DNA from: an uncultured bacterium
Lineage (GTDB): Bacteria; Oederibacteriota; Oederibacteriia; Oederibacteriales; Oederibacteriaceae
DNA: 64,000 bases
Direction: 5' to 3'
Assembly: GCA_965112635.1 (NCBI GenBank)
Contig: OZ218778.1
Coordinates: 1,056,001-1,120,000, forward strand
This document shows positions 62,167 to 64,000 of this stretch, in pieces; the first letter of the stretch is position 1; each line of letters begins with the position of its first letter. The position numbers were made by a program, and so were the translations under genes. A model generated the notes under the pieces. The model did not search any database. It was given only the letters and a program-made list of their open reading frames with translations, and was not told where the DNA came from.

Positions 62167-64000
62167 ATGGCTGGAGCTTTTAAAAAAACCGACAGAAAAA
62201 AAACGGTCCGGCAGAGAAACCCTCAAGATCATTTGCGGGTTTGGGCGGAGAGGCTGTCGCGGCTTATTTATGGAAGCGATGACCAAAAGGAAAAAAAGCC
62301 GGAAGGTAACATTTTTTTCTCGGATTCGGGGAAGATGAAAAGGCCGAAGGCCGAAAAACAAGCCGTAGCCAATAAGTTCTATTTTTCTCAAGAAGCCTAT
62401 AAAAATGACAGAAAGATGTTCTTGAAGAATATTTTATTGGTTGGTTTGTTTGTTCTCCTTTTACTATGGGCCGTTATTGAATTGTATAAGTGGAACCTTT
62501 TCATGGTCCTGGTGCTGCTTTTTGTGGCCAGCCAATTACTCCAATTTATTCCCTGGGGAGATGTTTTCCCGGGTCAGGAAAGGCCCAAATCATTTTTAAA
62601 GGCAGTAAAAGACTTTTTCCCTCCTTACGGGCTTTTCCTTTTTTCCTCCCTTTTAGCCGTCGCGGGCCAGATTTTTTTTATTTTGCATGAGTTCAAGCCC
62701 GGGGCTTTGTGTTATTTAAGTGCTATTCTTTTGGCTTTTGGCTATGAAGCGAGGAACTGCTCGACGACCCCTGACCATTGGACCGCAACTCCCATACAAG
62801 ACAAGGAAAATCCAACTTTGGCCGGTAAAAGACCCGCTCGCTTCAGATTTATTTATATCGTTGTGCCGATCGGGATCTTTTTATGGGCCTTTTCTTATTT
62901 TATTGCCGGGGTCGAACAATTTTTGGGAGTGTGGTTATGGGTAGCCAGCATCAGTATTTTTATGTTCGGATTGTGGAGAGCCGAGCCCGTCAAATTTCCC
63001 CAGGCAGAACCCCTGACCCGTTATCAGAGGATCGGTTTGGCCGTTATCTTTATCATGGCCGTATTGGTCAGGTTCTATAAACTCCAGGACCTTCCTCACG
63101 GGTTTGTTCATGATGAAATAGCCCAGTTATTGCTAGGTATCGGATTTCCCCTGCCATTTTTTATCAATGAATGGAACTGCGCGAGTTTACCCTTTTTGCT
63201 CAATGGTGTTTCCTGTTATTTATCAACCACTTTCCTCCATTTGGATAATTGTATAGGTTACAAACTGGTCTGTGTGGCGGCCGACTTAACGACCATCTAT
63301 CTCCTCTTTCAATTTACCCGGTTTTGTTTCGGAAACCGGGCTGGACTGTTCGCCGCCTTTCTATGGACCTTTTCGTTCCTGCCCATTGCTATGAGTCATA
63401 TGACCTATGAGCACGTAGAGGTGCCCATGGCGACCGTGGGCTTATTCTTTTTTCTGTACAGAGGCCTAAAACTCCGCAGGAAAATAGATTTTGCGTGGGC
63501 CGGATTTTTCTTCAGCTTTGGCCTTTATGCCTATGCTTCCTTCAGGATCGTTCCCATTATTGCCGTGCTATTTTTAGCCTATGTTTTTTTCCGGGAAAAG
63601 AAATGGATCTACGGGAACATCCAAGGACTAACTATTTTTGGGGTGACCATTCTGGCGTGGCTGGCACCCATCTTGTATCAGGTGTTTTTCCAGCATATTG
63701 ATGTTATGACCCGGGCTTTGTGGACCATCCACGTGCGCAACTATCCGTTGAGGATGGCGATCCCTATGGTACTCCAGGATTATTATTACAGCGCGGTGAT
63801 GTATTCTGAGCTGTGCGCCCGATGGATCGGTCTGCCCGGAAAACCCGTATTTGACCTGGCCACCGCTGCCTGCAGTATCGCTTGCCTCGGTATCGTCGGC
63901 CGCAGGATCAAAGAGCCGATTTTTGTTCTGATCTTATTGATGGCTTTTTTGGGTATGATGCCCGGCGCCCTGACCGAGATGGCTTATCCCACAGCCCGTA
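62167..64000 (+). CDS. GT-C membrane glycosyltransferase, paralogue 3 (runs off the window end; absent from the ORF track)
   Basis: ATG at 62167 after GGAGGAGAG; frame MAGAFKK...RLIYGS...PHGFVHDE...GLPGKPVFDL is colinear with paralogues 1 and 2. Confidence 0.85.
   Translation, partial: MAGAFKKTDRKKTVRQRNPQDHLRVWAERLSRLIYGSDDQKEKKPEGNIFFSDSGKMKRPKAEKQAVANKFYFSQEAYKNDRKMFLKNILLVGLFVLLLLWAVIELYKWNLFMVLVLLFVASQLLQFIPWGDVFPGQERPKSFLKAVKDFFPPYGLFLFSSLLAVAGQIFFILHEFKPGALCYLSAILLAFGYEARNCSTTPDHWTATPIQDKENPTLAGKRPARFRFIYIVVPIGIFLWAFSYFIAGVEQFLGVWLWVASISIFMFGLWRAEPVKFPQAEPLTRYQRIGLAVIFIMAVLVRFYKLQDLPHGFVHDEIAQLLLGIGFPLPFFINEWNCASLPFLLNGVSCYLSTTFLHLDNCIGYKLVCVAADLTTIYLLFQFTRFCFGNRAGLFAAFLWTFSFLPIAMSHMTYEHVEVPMATVGLFFFLYRGLKLRRKIDFAWAGFFFSFGLYAYASFRIVPIIAVLFLAYVFFREKKWIYGNIQGLTIFGVTILAWLAPILYQVFFQHIDVMTRALWTIHVRNYPLRMAIPMVLQDYYYSAVMYSELCARWIGLPGKPVFDLATAACSIACLGIVGRRIKEPIFVLILLMAFLGMMPGALTEMAYPTAR

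Overview
Bacterial chromosomal window of moderately high GC, probably from an uncultured diderm lineage (inference). 1-25.6 kb is mostly housekeeping: queF, a nitroreductase, mfd with two SurA/PrsA-type PPIases, a large Alu-containing SRP RNA followed by dnaX-ybaB-recR, a spermidine synthase, a CmtR-like ArsR regulator, TPR proteins, and eno-gpmA-holB-metG. A ~9.4 kb accessory/defence island lies between metG and tatD. It carries an RHH-PIN toxin-antitoxin pair, a frameshifted ParB-HTH-membrane fusion, an AT-rich RxxxxH protein, a three-gene methylase/methylase/GIY-YIG-helicase restriction module and an IS110 (IS1111-type) element. The IS has a downstream non-coding region containing copies of both element junctions, as expected of a bridge/seek RNA. 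38-64 kb is a large glycosylation locus: amino-sugar genes, two polyprenol-phosphate GT2s, a GDP-heptose pathway with its own transaldolase, a nucleotide-sugar dehydrogenase lacking the catalytic Cys, and three tandem GT-C(-PA14) paralogues. Small-scale highlights are a 9-aa Cys-Gly-Cys peptide behind the ArsR gene, 25-27 bp elements nested inside palindromes, and a possible REPPP leader peptide. All calls come from reading the sequence by eye; no database searches were run.
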